DNA of 64,000 nucleotides, from positions 200,013 to 264,012 of the forward strand of contig JBLYPX010000001.1 in NCBI GenBank assembly GCA_048538235.1. The letters run 5' to 3'. Shown here piece after piece: positions 30,949-40,993 of this stretch. Position 1 is the stretch's first letter. Each line of letters begins with the position of its first letter. A model generated the notes under the pieces. That model had not been told where the DNA came from. It ran no database searches and saw only the letters and a list, made by a program, of their open reading frames with translations. This stretch comes from Candidatus Komeilibacteria bacterium. Its GTDB lineage: Bacteria > Patescibacteriota > Patescibacteriia > UBA1558. The position numbers and the translations under genes are program-made.

Positions 30949-32367
30949 ATGCAAAGAATAAAAACAATTGAAACAGTTGAACAGGAGGGGAAAGAAGTAT
31001 TAATTAAAGGTTGGGTAAATGCCAGGCGTAATATGGGCAAAATTGCCTTTTTAGATGTACGTGATCGTTGGGGTATTGTACAAGTAGTTGGTGTACCAGC
31101 AGAATTAGATGATAATTCTCAAGAAGAATTAAAGAGGATAAGACCAGAGTACGTTGTAAGTATTAAAGGTATTGTAAATAAAAGAGGGGAGAAACAGATT
31201 AATAAAGATGTGCCAACTGGCAGTATTGAATTACTTGCTAAAGAAATAGTAGTTTTAAATGAATCTGAAACACCACCATTTGAAATAGATAATGAAGAAA
31301 GACAAGCTGGTGAAGAATTAAGACTTAAGCATAGGTACTTAGATCTTCGACATGAACGTATGAAGAATAACATGGTAATTAGAGATAAGGTGATGTCTTT
31401 TGTTAGAAATTGGCTTCATGCAAATGATTTTATTGAAATACAAACTCCTATTCTTACTAAATCTACACCAGAAGGCGCTAGAGATTATTTAGTACCATCA
31501 CGTGTACATAATGGTAAGTTTTTTGCTCTACCACAATCTCCTCAGCAGTATAAGCAATTACTAATGGTAGCTGGTATGGATAGATATTTCCAAATAGCTC
31601 CATGTTTTAGAGATGAAGATGCTAGAGCAGACCGATCACCAGGAGAGTTTTACCAAATAGATATGGAGATGAGTTTTATGACTCAGGATGAGATATTAGA
31701 TTTAGTTGAGGAAATGTTTAAGGAATTAATTAAAACACATTTTCCTGAAAAGAAATTAACCTTTGACAAGTTTCCTCGTTTAAACTATGACGATGTAATG
31801 AAAGAGTACGGCTCAGATAAACCAGATTTAAGAAAAGATAAGAATGATCCTAATGAATTAGCTTTTGCTTTTGTTATTAATTTCCCTTTATTTACAGAAC
31901 AGTCTGAAGAAGATCATTTTCATGGAGCGGGAGATAAGTGGGCTCCTTCACATCATATGTTTACAGCCCCAAAACCGGAAGATATAGATATGCTAGATAA
32001 AGATCCAGGTAAGGTTAAATCTTTGCAGCATGATCTAGTATTAAATGGTTGGGAAGTTGGTGGTGGTAGTGTTAGAATTCATGATCCTAAGATTCAGGAA
32101 CAGATTTGGGACTTAATTGGTTTTAATGAAAAACAGAAAAAGCAATTTGCTCATCTAATTGAAGCTTTTAAATATGGTGTTCCACCACACGGTGGTATAG
32201 CACCAGGTTTTGATAGATTAGTATCTATTCTAGCTGGAGAAAAAAGTATTAAGGAAGTAATAGCTTTCCCATTAACTGGAGATGTTAGAGATCCTTTAAT
32301 GGACAGTCCATCAGATGTAGATAAGAAGCAGTTAGATGAATTAGGGATTAGTATTAAGAAGAGTTAA
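30949..32367 (+). CDS. aspS: aspartate--tRNA ligase (bacterial type, lacking GAD insertion)
   Basis: STPEGARDYLVPSR, LPQSPQQYKQLLM, CFRDED, YGSDKPDLR, PPHGGIAPGFDR. Confidence 0.95.
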   Translation: MQRIKTIETVEQEGKEVLIKGWVNARRNMGKIAFLDVRDRWGIVQVVGVPAELDDNSQEELKRIRPEYVVSIKGIVNKRGEKQINKDVPTGSIELLAKEIVVLNESETPPFEIDNEERQAGEELRLKHRYLDLRHERMKNNMVIRDKVMSFVRNWLHANDFIEIQTPILTKSTPEGARDYLVPSRVHNGKFFALPQSPQQYKQLLMVAGMDRYFQIAPCFRDEDARADRSPGEFYQIDMEMSFMTQDEILDLVEEMFKELIKTHFPEKKLTFDKFPRLNYDDVMKEYGSDKPDLRKDKNDPNELAFAFVINFPLFTEQSEEDHFHGAGDKWAPSHHMFTAPKPEDIDMLDKDPGKVKSLQHDLVLNGWEVGGGSVRIHDPKIQEQIWDLIGFNEKQKKQFAHLIEAFKYGVPPHGGIAPGFDRLVSILAGEKSIKEVIAFPLTGDVRDPLMDSPSDVDKKQLDELGISIKKS

Positions 32368-32377
32368 GAATAAAATT

Positions 32378-32695
32378 ATGCGTCTTTCCGATTTGCAAAA
32401 ATATATTCTGAAAGAAATTTGGGATGCAAGGAAAGTAAAAGTTGGTAGAACAAGATTTGCAAAATTTTATGATTCTCAAAAAAAGGCACCAGCTAAAAAA
32501 TTACAGACAAAGATTATTACTCAGAGTATAGAGAGATTAATAGATAAGGGGTTATTAGTTGGTTATGGTGAAAGAACAAGATTTAAGTGGTTTATTAAAG
32601 AGGTTAAATTTACTACAGCTGGTAAGAAATTAGCCACTAAATTACAAGGTGAGCAAGTAGAGCTACCATTTAAAAAAAGACGACTTAAAAAATAA
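32378..32695 (+). CDS. small basic winged-helix-like hypothetical protein
   Basis: LSDLQKYIL..ITQSIERLIDKGLL..FTTAGKK pattern. Confidence 0.6.
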   Translation: MRLSDLQKYILKEIWDARKVKVGRTRFAKFYDSQKKAPAKKLQTKIITQSIERLIDKGLLVGYGERTRFKWFIKEVKFTTAGKKLATKLQGEQVELPFKKRRLKK

Positions 32696-32704
32696 TATAC
32701 ACAT

Positions 32705-33256
32705 ATGGCTATTCCAAAGAAATTGATAAAAAAGCTAGACGACATGTCAGCAAAGTATGAGGTAATTGCACACCGTAAGGTATACACTGCATATGATGCA
32801 GCTCAAACCACTAAAAAGAAATTAGAACAGATTGTTAAAACATTAATGGTAAAGGCTGGTGGTACATACTATTTAATACATGTGCCAGCTAATAAAAATA
32901 TTAATTTAGAAAAGCTAGCTAAAGTTCTAGATGTTAAGAAAGTAACAATTCCTAGTGAAAAGCAAATAGCTAAAGCTTTAAATATTAAACCAGGGTCATT
33001 AACAGCCTTTGGTTTTATGCATAAAGTAGAAACAGTAATAGATAAAAGCTTACTTAAGGTTAAGAAAGCTGTTTTTTCATCTGGTTCATTAACTGAAAGT
33101 ATTGAAATGCCAGTAAAAGAATTTGCTAAATTAACAGACGATTACATAGATGGTGTATTTACCATAGCTAAGAAGATAAAAAAACAAAAAATAGTAAAAC
33201 CAAAAAAGAAAAACGTTAAGAAAAAGCCTAAAGCAAAGCCAAAGAAACGTAAATAA
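32705..33256 (+). CDS. YbaK/ProX-family aminoacyl-tRNA deacylase-like protein with Lys-rich tail
   Basis: H..VYTA..AA, QIVKTL, GSLTAFG, SSG...SIEM. Confidence 0.75.
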   Translation: MAIPKKLIKKLDDMSAKYEVIAHRKVYTAYDAAQTTKKKLEQIVKTLMVKAGGTYYLIHVPANKNINLEKLAKVLDVKKVTIPSEKQIAKALNIKPGSLTAFGFMHKVETVIDKSLLKVKKAVFSSGSLTESIEMPVKEFAKLTDDYIDGVFTIAKKIKKQKIVKPKKKNVKKKPKAKPKKRK

Positions 33257-33963
33257 TGTACGAGATAAAACTTGAGAAATTTGAAGGTCCTTTAGATCTA
33301 TTATTGCAACTTATTGAAGGACAGAAATTACCCATTACTGAAGTATCATTAACACAGGTTACAGATCAGTATGTGGAGTATATTCACACAGCTACTGCTA
33401 TTAACCCAGAGGAGATAGCAGATTTTTTAATGGTAGCTGCTAAATTACTATATGCTAAGTCAAAAGAAATATTACCATCGGCTATTTGGGAAGAGGAAGA
33501 AGATGGCATAGATTTAGCCGAACAATTAAAGATATATAAAGAGTATCATGACGCTAGTAAGTTAATAGATAAGATGGCTAGGAAAGAGATTTTTACATAT
33601 TCAAGAATTGCACCTATTACTAAAAAAGCAGAAGAAGGTTTTTATCCTCCGCATAAACTTACTAAGTCTTTAATGAAAGAATTATTTAGTACAGCTATAA
33701 AGAAATTAGAACCGGTTATATATATCCCAAAAACAATTATTGAGAAGACTATTACTATTACAGAAAAGATTAAAGAAATAAAGCTTGCGATTAAAGAAGC
33801 AGTATCAATGGATTTTAAAAAATTATTAAGTAAGGGTGGTAAAACAGATACTATTATGAGTTTTTTAGCTATGCTTGAGCTGATTAAACAAAGAGATATT
33901 GAAGTAGATCAAAATAGCTTATTCGATACCATAACTATTAAGAAAACAGAGAGTTTAAACTAA
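33256..33963 (+). CDS. scpA: segregation and condensation protein A
   Basis: FEGPLDLLLQLI, ADFLMVAAKL, FLAMLELIK. Confidence 0.95.
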   Translation: MYEIKLEKFEGPLDLLLQLIEGQKLPITEVSLTQVTDQYVEYIHTATAINPEEIADFLMVAAKLLYAKSKEILPSAIWEEEEDGIDLAEQLKIYKEYHDASKLIDKMARKEIFTYSRIAPITKKAEEGFYPPHKLTKSLMKELFSTAIKKLEPVIYIPKTIIEKTITITEKIKEIKLAIKEAVSMDFKKLLSKGGKTDTIMSFLAMLELIKQRDIEVDQNSLFDTITIKKTESLN

Positions 33964-34661
33964 TGAAAAATATTAAATTACAAATTGAGAGTCTATTATT
34001 CGTAACAACTAAACCTTTAAAGATAACAAAGATTAAGGATTTAATAGAGGGTGTTACATTGGATGAGGTTAAAAAAGCAGTTGAAGAATTAAAAGAGAAA
34101 TTTAATACAGATGAGTCTGGTTTAAGAATAATTGAGAATAATGGTGTTATTCAGTTTACAACTGCGCCTGAAGCAGCAGACTTAATTAAAAACTTTATTA
34201 AAGACGAAACAACTGGTGAGTTAACTAGGCCATCACTTGAAACCTTAACTATAATTGCTTATCGTCAACCAATTACTAAGGCAGAGTTAGAACAGATTAG
34301 AGGAGTTAATTGTAGTATGATTCTTCGTAATTTAATGATACGTGGACTTGTTATGAAGAAAGACGATAAACAAATGTTGGCTAGTTACTATTTTGTAACT
34401 GTAGAATTTTTGAAATTCTTAGGTTTAACAGATGTATCTGAATTACCAGATTATGAGAAGCTTAATAATAATGAGCATTTGAATAAATTATTTAATCCAG
34501 ATAATGAAGATGATGAAGGTATGAGTAATTTTGTTTCAGACAAAGATATGAATGAAGAAGAAAATAGTGAAGACAAGGACGATAGTGAAGAGAAAGAAAA
34601 TCCATCCGAAGACGAATCTTCAGATGAACCAGTTCGTTTAACAGTTAATGTATATTCATAA
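33963..34661 (+). CDS. scpB: segregation and condensation protein B
   Basis: IESLLF, LETLTIIAYRQPITKAELEQIRGV, FGL-like FLGL..LP. Confidence 0.95.
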   Translation: MKNIKLQIESLLFVTTKPLKITKIKDLIEGVTLDEVKKAVEELKEKFNTDESGLRIIENNGVIQFTTAPEAADLIKNFIKDETTGELTRPSLETLTIIAYRQPITKAELEQIRGVNCSMILRNLMIRGLVMKKDDKQMLASYYFVTVEFLKFLGLTDVSELPDYEKLNNNEHLNKLFNPDNEDDEGMSNFVSDKDMNEEENSEDKDDSEEKENPSEDESSDEPVRLTVNVYS

Positions 34662-35341
34662 TGCGATTGCAAAAATTTTTAGCTAGTGCTGGTATTGCTT
34701 CTAGACGTGGAGCAGAAGAGATTATTAAAAGAGGGCTTATTACTGTCAATGGTGAAGTTGTTACTGAAATGGGTGTTAAAATAGACCCAGATAAAGATAA
34801 AGTGACTGCTTATGGTAAAAAAGTAAGTCTGCCAAAAGAGCATGTCTATTTAATGGTTAATAAGCCAGCAGGATATATAACTACAGCTAATGATCCATAT
34901 AATAGAAAAACTGTTTATGATTTAATACCAGAGAAGTACCATAATTTATTTCCAGTTGGTAGATTAGACAAAGATTCAGAAGGATTATTACTTTTTACAG
35001 ATGATGGAGAATTAGCTCAACAATTAACCCATCCAAAATTCGAACACAGTAAAGAATATTTTGTTAGGTTAGATAAAAAAATAACTAGAGAATTATTCAC
35101 TAAATTAAAATATGGCATTAAACTTGATGAAGGTGTTGCTAAAGTAGATAAATTAGATAAAAAAGGTACTAAAGAGTTAAGTTTAACCCTGCACCAAGGT
35201 TGGAAAAGACAAATAAGAAGAATGATGGAAGAGGCTGGTTTTGAGGTAGAGCTTTTACAAAGGACAAAGCTGGCAAATTATAATATAGAAGATTTAAAGA
35301 ATAAGCCATATAAATTAATAGATAAACAAGAAATAATATAA
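34661..35341 (+). CDS. rluB: RsuA/RluB-family pseudouridine synthase
   Basis: S4 domain RLQKFLASAGIASRR, NKPAG, PVGRLDKDSEGLLL; scpAB-rluB synteny. Confidence 0.85.
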   Translation: MRLQKFLASAGIASRRGAEEIIKRGLITVNGEVVTEMGVKIDPDKDKVTAYGKKVSLPKEHVYLMVNKPAGYITTANDPYNRKTVYDLIPEKYHNLFPVGRLDKDSEGLLLFTDDGELAQQLTHPKFEHSKEYFVRLDKKITRELFTKLKYGIKLDEGVAKVDKLDKKGTKELSLTLHQGWKRQIRRMMEEAGFEVELLQRTKLANYNIEDLKNKPYKLIDKQEII

Positions 35342-36264
35342 TGGTATTTTGGGAATTTTTATTAAATCTAGTAGTTGTTGGACAGCTGTCTATTATGCCG
35401 ACAGCTTGGTTTAGTACGCTAAACTATCAATCAGATATAAATAGGATAGACTATATTTTACAGCAGGGGCAAGATAATTATCCTAAGAAAGTATTAAATG
35501 ATTCATTGGGTGTAGATATAACAGCTAGCTCAGCTATTGCATTAGATATGGATTCTGGAGCTATTTTATGGCAAAAGAATATAGATAATAAACAATCCAT
35601 TGCTAGTTTAACAAAATTAATGACTGTTCTTGTTTGGCAAGATTTTGGTCCCGGCCTAGACACTGAAATGACTATTTTAGAGTCAGATTATAGAGAGGGT
35701 GGAAGATTCTATTTATTCAAAGGAGAGAAAGTTTTAACAGGGGATTTATTAAAATCTGTTTTAATAGCATCAGATAATACAGCAGCTATTGCGTTGGCTA
35801 GATCAACTGGACTTTCTTTAGAAGAATTTATTGTCAAAATGAATGAAAAAGCAATTGAGCTTGGTATGACAAATTCTATTTTTGTTGAGCCAACCGGATT
35901 AGATATTGGTAATCAGTCTACAGTAACAGACTTGGTATTATTAGCCGAAGAAGTTTTTTCAGATAAAAATATTTTACAAATAGCTGGCACTAAAGAAACT
36001 AGCTACAAAATATTAAATAATAATAGATATAATAGAGTAGAAACAACAAATTCTTTGTTAGGAACATATTTAAATATAGTCGCAGGTAAAACTGGTTTTC
36101 TAGATGAGGCTGGTGGTTGCTTAATAACAATTACTAAAGGAGATAAGGGTCAAGAAATACTAAGCATAACTTTAGGTTCTGAAGATAGATATGTTCGCTT
36201 TCAAGAAGGTAAAGCTTTAATACAATGGGCCTTAGATAATTATATTTGGCCAGATAATAAATAA
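35341..36264 (+). CDS. D-alanyl-D-alanine carboxypeptidase (peptidase S11)
   Basis: SLTK (SxxK), SDN (SxN), KTG triad. Confidence 0.92.
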   Translation: MVFWEFLLNLVVVGQLSIMPTAWFSTLNYQSDINRIDYILQQGQDNYPKKVLNDSLGVDITASSAIALDMDSGAILWQKNIDNKQSIASLTKLMTVLVWQDFGPGLDTEMTILESDYREGGRFYLFKGEKVLTGDLLKSVLIASDNTAAIALARSTGLSLEEFIVKMNEKAIELGMTNSIFVEPTGLDIGNQSTVTDLVLLAEEVFSDKNILQIAGTKETSYKILNNNRYNRVETTNSLLGTYLNIVAGKTGFLDEAGGCLITITKGDKGQEILSITLGSEDRYVRFQEGKALIQWALDNYIWPDNK

Positions 36265-36266
36265 TT

Positions 36267-36740
36267 ATGTTAATTTTAAAACCATACATTTTAGCCTTTT
36301 GGCTTTCCATGTTACCAGTAACAGAATTAAGAGCAACTGTCCCTTGGATTATATTCACTTACAATGATCAGTGGCTTTCATTAGTTATTACAGCTATTAT
36401 TGGAAATATTATTCCAGCTATTTTACTCTTATGGGGTTTGTCTTATGTAGATAAACTTTTAATAGACAGAATGAATATTTTAGCAAAGGTATATAATAAA
36501 GTTATCCAAAGAACAAGAAGGAAGACTCTAACTAAAATGAATAAATATGGTTATTTAGCTTTGTTACTTTTTGTAGCTATTCCATTTCCTGGCACAGGTG
36601 TTTGGACCGGCTCTATTGGTGCTTGGCTATTTGGTTTACCAAAAAAACAATCTTTAATTGTAATATCTTTAGGAGCAGTTCTTGCTGGTATTATTATGAC
36701 ACTTGTTTCTAAAGGAATATTTTTAAACTTAAATATATGA
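36267..36740 (+). CDS. COG2426/small multi-drug export-like membrane protein
   Basis: LPVTELR, LFVAIPFPGTGVWTG. Confidence 0.85.
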   Translation: MLILKPYILAFWLSMLPVTELRATVPWIIFTYNDQWLSLVITAIIGNIIPAILLLWGLSYVDKLLIDRMNILAKVYNKVIQRTRRKTLTKMNKYGYLALLLFVAIPFPGTGVWTGSIGAWLFGLPKKQSLIVISLGAVLAGIIMTLVSKGIFLNLNI

Positions 36741-37492
36741 GTAAAACATATATAATTGCTAATTGGAAAATGAATTTAATGCCAGAGCAGGCAATTAAAC
36801 AGGCAAAGGCAATTACTAAAATATATAGTAAAAAGAAAAAGGACTTAGAATTGGTTATTTGCCCTAGCTTTACTGAAATAGCAGCAATTGCTAAAATAGT
36901 ACAGCCTAGCATAGCAATAGGCGCTCAGGACGTATTTTGGGAGAATAAAGGGTCATATACAAGTGGTATTAGTGCAGATGCGCTAAAATACTATGGTTGT
37001 CAGTATGTAATTATTGGTCACTCAGAAAGAAGACAATATTTGCATGAAACAGATGAGATTGTAAATTTAAAAGTAAAAGCAGCGCTTAGTGCTGGTCTTA
37101 CACCAATATTATGTATAGGTGAAACATTTGCTGAAAGGCAAGAAGGTAAAAAAGAATCTGTTCTATTTGATCAATTATCTGCTGGATTAAAAGATGTTTG
37201 GTTAAACAAAGCAGATAAGTTACTTATTGCTTATGAACCTGTTTGGGTAATAGGTTCTGGACAGGCAGTAGATCCAGATGAAGCAGAAATAACTCACGCT
37301 GCTATTAAACGTTCATTGCTAGAATTTATGCCAGCGGGTATTGTTGCAGACAATATTGCAGTATTATATGGTGGTAGTGTAAATGGAATGAATGTTAAGA
37401 GCTTTTTAGAAAAACCATCAATTGATGGTGTGTTAGTTGGGGGAGCTAGTTTAGATAAAGATAAATTTGAATCAATAATAAATTATAAATAA
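36737..37492 (+). CDS. tpiA: triosephosphate isomerase
   Basis: ANWKMN, GHSERR, AYEPVWVIG, LYGGSV, LVGGASL. Confidence 0.98.
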   Translation: MSKTYIIANWKMNLMPEQAIKQAKAITKIYSKKKKDLELVICPSFTEIAAIAKIVQPSIAIGAQDVFWENKGSYTSGISADALKYYGCQYVIIGHSERRQYLHETDEIVNLKVKAALSAGLTPILCIGETFAERQEGKKESVLFDQLSAGLKDVWLNKADKLLIAYEPVWVIGSGQAVDPDEAEITHAAIKRSLLEFMPAGIVADNIAVLYGGSVNGMNVKSFLEKPSIDGVLVGGASLDKDKFESIINYK

Positions 37493-37495
37493 TAT

Positions 37496-38359
37496 ATGTT
37501 AGTACATATTAAAGAAATAGTTAAAAAAGCTAGAGAGGGTAAATATGGTATTGGTGCTTTTAATGTTGCTAATTTAGAAACAACATTGGGTATAGCCAGG
37601 GCTGCTGTGAAAGCTAAAGCTCCAGTCATTATTCAGGTTTCTGAGAAAACTATTGAGTATGCTGGTTTAAAACCAATTACACACATTGTTCAGACCATTG
37701 CTAAAAATGAAGCCTCTGGCGTACCAGTAGCTCTTCATTTAGATCATGGTCATTCATTTAAATCTGTATCAGAATGTATAAATGCTGGGTTTTCATCCAT
37801 CCATATTGATGCTTCAGATTTACCATTTGATGAGAATGTAAAAATTACTAAAGAGTCTGTAGACTATGCACATAAGCATGGTGTTTGGGCTCAAGGTGAA
37901 TTAGGTAGAATATTTGGTAAAGAAGGGTTAACAGATGCGCATCTTGAGAATATGGAAGAATTTTTAACAGATCCTCAGCAGGCAGTTGAGTTTGTTAAAA
38001 AAACTGGCGTAGATACTTTAGCCATTTCTGTTGGTACATACCATGGTAGGTTTAAAGGAAAAGAAAAGATATATTTTGATAGATTGGATGAGATTCGTAA
38101 AGCAGTGGATGTGCCATTGGTTTTACACGGTGCCTCTGGTATTCCAGATGATGAATTAAGCAGGGCTATTGAACATGGCGTTAGTATTGTTAATATAGAC
38201 ACATCTTTAAGGGTTGCATTTACAGACAAATTAAAAGAGACTGTTAAAGAAGAGTCTGACTATGTTGATCCAAGAAAAATATTACAACCATCTATTGATG
38301 CTGTTTCTGAGGTTGTAGTTAGAAAGATTAATCATTTGGGTTCAAATAATAAAGCATAA
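37496..38359 (+). CDS. fba: class II fructose-bisphosphate aldolase
   Basis: GAFNV, LHLDHG, GTYHG, LVLHGASG. Confidence 0.93.
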   Translation: MLVHIKEIVKKAREGKYGIGAFNVANLETTLGIARAAVKAKAPVIIQVSEKTIEYAGLKPITHIVQTIAKNEASGVPVALHLDHGHSFKSVSECINAGFSSIHIDASDLPFDENVKITKESVDYAHKHGVWAQGELGRIFGKEGLTDAHLENMEEFLTDPQQAVEFVKKTGVDTLAISVGTYHGRFKGKEKIYFDRLDEIRKAVDVPLVLHGASGIPDDELSRAIEHGVSIVNIDTSLRVAFTDKLKETVKEESDYVDPRKILQPSIDAVSEVVVRKINHLGSNNKA

Positions 38360-38360
38360 T

Positions 38361-39236
38361 ATGTTTATTTTACTTCTAGTTATAATTCTAATTTGCGCCT
38401 TAATAATAGGGTATATTATTATTAGCAAATTTCCTCAATTAACTTTAGTGGAAACTGCTTCTTCTCCAGACGATAAACAAGAAGATTTAAAAAAGGCATT
38501 GCTTGAACAAAGATTAAAAAGACAGTTCTTGAGTGGTTTTAAAATTATTCTATCTGCCTTAACTCCAGTTTGGGATAAAATAGTATCTTTATTTGAAAGT
38601 ATAATAAATAGTTTTAAGAAGAAAGAAGAAGAGTATAGACATAAACTATTACATGCAGATTTTAAAGAAGAAGTAGATAAAGAACAAAAAATATCTAAAT
38701 TAATGATGGAAGCACAAGAGCTTACAGCAAATAATATAAAAGAGGCAGAGGATAGATATATAGATGTATTAAAGCTAGATCCTAAGAATAAAGAAGCGTA
38801 CATGAAGCTAGCTAAAATATACTGGGAGCAGAAAGATTATGAGCATGCTATTGAATTATATAATTATCTATTAAAAATCGTTGAGGATGGTCAAATATAT
38901 TCAAACCTTGGTGCTATTGCAGAAGAAAGAGGTAATTTAAAAGAAGCTGAAGATAATTATTTATCTGCTTTAAAGTCAGATGAAGCTGCAGATGATGTAT
39001 ATTTTAACCTAGCTAAGATATACAATGAGCAGGAAGAAATGGAGAAAGCTTTAGAAATGATACAAAAATCTTTACAAATAGAACCTAATAACCCTAAATA
39101 TCTTGACTTTTTGCTACAGATAAGTATAATAGTTCAAGACAAAAAATTAGCTAATGATACTTGGCAAGCATTAGCTACAGCAAATCCAGATAACCAAAAA
39201 TTGGAAGAGTACAAAGAACTGGTAGATGAGTTATAA
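38361..39236 (+). CDS. membrane-anchored TPR protein
   Basis: N-terminal TM followed by several TPR repeats. Confidence 0.85.
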   Translation: MFILLLVIILICALIIGYIIISKFPQLTLVETASSPDDKQEDLKKALLEQRLKRQFLSGFKIILSALTPVWDKIVSLFESIINSFKKKEEEYRHKLLHADFKEEVDKEQKISKLMMEAQELTANNIKEAEDRYIDVLKLDPKNKEAYMKLAKIYWEQKDYEHAIELYNYLLKIVEDGQIYSNLGAIAEERGNLKEAEDNYLSALKSDEAADDVYFNLAKIYNEQEEMEKALEMIQKSLQIEPNNPKYLDFLLQISIIVQDKKLANDTWQALATANPDNQKLEEYKELVDEL

Positions 39237-39240
39237 TAAT

Positions 39241-39315
<75 letters not shown>

Positions 39316-39333
39316 CAACTAGCTATATATAAT

Positions 39334-39419
39334 GGGTCGGTACCGAAGCGGTCAAACGGGACAGACTGTAAATCTGTTGGCTTTCGCCTTCGTTGGTTCG
39401 AATCCAGCCCGGCCCACCA
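39334..39419 (+). tRNA. tRNA-Tyr(GTA)
   Basis: Anticodon loop ctGTAaa, long variable arm, GGTTCGAATCC, CCA. Confidence 0.95.
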
Positions 39420-39470
39420 TTAAAAAAACATCCTTTATTCAAGGACGTTTTTTATTTTATTATCTATTAT

Positions 39471-40217
39471 TTATTCAAATAGTATTAGTAGAAACATTAA
39501 CCCAATACCAATGAATAACATTATCTGTTGTTTTATGGATTCTTTAGTATTAGTTGTTTTTTGTAATTCAGGTATAAGGTCAGAACCAGCAATGTATACA
39601 AAACCACCAGCAGCTAGTGCTAAAGCATAGGTTGTTATATCTGTTACACTATTGCCAATTATTAAAACCAGAAGAGCACCAATAAAAGCCAGAGAAGCAG
39701 ATAATAGATTTAAAAATAAAGCTTTAACTTTAGAAAAGCCAGCGTGCAACAGTAAGCCAAAATCACCAATCTCTTGAGGTATTTCATGAAGTATAACAGC
39801 AATTGTAGTTGCTATACCAACTTCAATATTAACCATATAGGCAGCGCCAATAATAATACCGTCTATCAGATTGTGTAACCCGTCAGATATTAAGTTTAAG
39901 TAACCAAATGGTTTAATATGATCTTCTTTATTATGGTGATGATGTTCGTGGTGCCAATGTAAGAATTTCTCTAAAGTAAAGAAAACGCCAATACCAATTA
40001 ATATACTTAAAGAAATATAGGTAGGATTATCTGCTTCAGCAAAAGCAGTAGGTATCATGTGTACAAAAGCTCCGCCAAATAAAGCGCCCGTTGCTAGACT
40101 TACCAAATAAGAGATGAGTTTACATAATTTCTTACCACTAGCAAACAATGTTATAATACCAACTAGCGAAATTATACTAACAATTAATACGCTAACCAAA
40201 GTATATATCCAAATCAT
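39471..40217 (-). CDS. ZIP family metal (Zn) transporter
   Basis: His-rich loop HWHHEHHHH, DGLHNLIDG, HEIPQEIGD. Confidence 0.93.
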   Translation of the reverse strand: MIWIYTLVSVLIVSIISLVGIITLFASGKKLCKLISYLVSLATGALFGGAFVHMIPTAFAEADNPTYISLSILIGIGVFFTLEKFLHWHHEHHHHNKEDHIKPFGYLNLISDGLHNLIDGIIIGAAYMVNIEVGIATTIAVILHEIPQEIGDFGLLLHAGFSKVKALFLNLLSASLAFIGALLVLIIGNSVTDITTYALALAAGGFVYIAGSDLIPELQKTTNTKESIKQQIMLFIGIGLMFLLILFE

Positions 40218-40279
40218 AATTTTACGGTTTTAATTAAATAATCGTATACATCATACAAATAATTAATATATTAAGCAAT

Positions 40280-40993
40280 ATGTTCACAAATAAAATATAT
40301 TTAAAAAGTAAAGAAGAAGTAGCTGCGGGTACTTTAAAGCTTGTTTTTAATAAACCAGCTAATTTTAATTTCATAGCTGGTCAATACGTGCTTTTTGGCA
40401 TTGAACAAAACGATAAACCAATAGCTAGATCTTTAACCATAGCTTCAGCTCCATTTGAAGATCATTTAGAGTTTATTGTTCGTTTATCTGATTCTGACTT
40501 TAAACAAGCTGTAAATAAATTAAAAGTAGGAGACGAAGCATATATTGGTAATGCTATTGGCAATTTAATATTAGGAGATAATGCAGATTCAATTGTATTC
40601 TTAGCTGGAGGTATTGGTATAACACCTTTTATTAGCATACTAAGACAAGCAGAACACGATAAATCTAGAAAATCTTTCACATTATTCTATTCTAACAGAG
40701 CTGAAGATACTTCTGTAGATCTAGTAGATTTAAAGAGTATGGGCATACAAAATTACAAAACAGTATTTACTTTAACAGATGCGAATAAAAATGTGTGGCT
40801 TGGTGAAACTGGTAGAATTAACAAAGCTATGTTACTTAAATATTTACCTCAATTATCTGCCCACACTTACTATATTGTAGGAACACCTTCATTTGTTAAT
40901 GCAATGGTAGAAATACTAGAAAGCTCTCAAGTTCCTAAGAGTCAAATAAGAACAGAACAATTTAGTGGATATAAAAATGCCGGAACTTCCTGA
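40280..40993 (+). CDS. FAD/NAD(P)-binding ferredoxin-reductase (FNR)-like oxidoreductase
   Basis: FIAGQY, RSLTIAS, AGGIGITP, LFYSNR, EQFSGY. Confidence 0.88.
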   Translation: MFTNKIYLKSKEEVAAGTLKLVFNKPANFNFIAGQYVLFGIEQNDKPIARSLTIASAPFEDHLEFIVRLSDSDFKQAVNKLKVGDEAYIGNAIGNLILGDNADSIVFLAGGIGITPFISILRQAEHDKSRKSFTLFYSNRAEDTSVDLVDLKSMGIQNYKTVFTLTDANKNVWLGETGRINKAMLLKYLPQLSAHTYYIVGTPSFVNAMVEILESSQVPKSQIRTEQFSGYKNAGTS

